From NCBI GenBank assembly GCA_022843095.1, contig JALHOH010000002.1, positions 90,001 to 122,000 of the forward strand: a DNA stretch of 32,000 nt, read 5' to 3'. This document shows positions 31,753 through 32,000 of this stretch, piece after piece (positions within the stretch are counted from its first letter, which is position 1; each line of letters opens with the position of its first letter). A program made the position numbers and the translations under genes. The notes below the pieces were generated by a model. It had not been told where the DNA came from. It was given only the letters and a program-made list of their open reading frames with translations, and made no database searches. This DNA comes from Candidatus Saccharimonadota bacterium (GTDB lineage: Bacteria > Patescibacteriota > Patescibacteriia > 2-12-FULL-60-25).

Positions 31753-32000
31753 ATGTTTACCCTCCATTCCACTTCGTCCAAAAGCGCCGCCCGTCGTGGT
31801 GCGCTTGCGACTCCGCACGGCACCTTGCAGACGCCGTTTTTTATGCCGATCGCCACAAAAGGCGCGGTCAAAACCCTGTCGTCGTTTGATGTGGAACGGC
31901 TTGGATCACCCATTCTGCTTTCCAATACGTACCATCTTTGGTTGCGACCTGGGATGGAGGTCATGCAAGCCATGGGCGGATTGCATCGGTTGATGGAGTG
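31753..32000 (+). CDS. tgt: tRNA-guanine transglycosylase (queuine tRNA-ribosyltransferase), 3' end cut by window edge
   Basis: This ORF is not in the track because it has no stop inside the window. Frame 1 from ATG 31753 translates as [82 protein letters not shown], the canonical Tgt N-terminus (ARxG.L.T.HG...TP.FMP..T.G.VK...[12 protein letters not shown]). Confidence 0.85.
   Translation, partial: MFTLHSTSSKSAARRGALATPHGTLQTPFFMPIATKGAVKTLSSFDVERLGSPILLSNTYHLWLRPGMEVMQAMGGLHRLME

Overview
Gene-dense bacterial chromosomal window of about 50-55% GC by eye, with no rRNA, CRISPR array, transposase or integrase. The lineage is probably uncultivated. The CxxC-x17-CxxC/RGG protein, a degenerate lipid-kinase-like protein and many orphan secreted proteins are reminiscent of CPR/Patescibacteria-type genomes, but this cannot be proven from the sequence.

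Left half (1-16.3 kb): housekeeping and stress genes. These are a SAM methyltransferase (5' partial), a two-domain PhnB/VOC-like protein, an SRPBCC protein, a ferritin-like/VIT1 transporter, a CDP-alcohol phosphatidyltransferase, greA, an HI0933-type flavoprotein, an msrA / AlkD-like / msrB trio, a DUF417-like membrane protein, a bactofilin, and tRNA-Leu(GAG) and tRNA-Val(TAC). Embedded here is a roughly 3.3 kb high-GC segment with two tandem di-haem cytochrome c peroxidase-like lipoprotein genes.

Right half (16.4-29.4 kb): the most unusual part. It is a same-strand cluster of ten signal-peptide or membrane-anchored orphan proteins:
- a dockerin-like protein translationally coupled to an 875-aa cohesin-like/Ig-repeat/FN3/Pro-rich protein
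- two membrane-anchored proteins
- a small DUF11/CARDB-like protein
- three paralogous Cys-paired beta-rich proteins flanking a tandem-Ig protein with a C-terminal membrane anchor, an architecture resembling Firmicute Csc (WxL/DUF916) surface-complex loci
- a single-pass membrane protein

Two of the paralogues carry perfectly identical nucleotide blocks inside otherwise diverged genes, a gene-conversion mosaic. Many genes sit 6-13 nt downstream of (extended) -10-like hexamers, which suggests leaderless or very short-leader transcripts. The window ends with a polytopic membrane protein, a TVP38/DedA-type protein and the 5' part of tgt. All functional calls come from motif and family recognition by eye; no database search was run.
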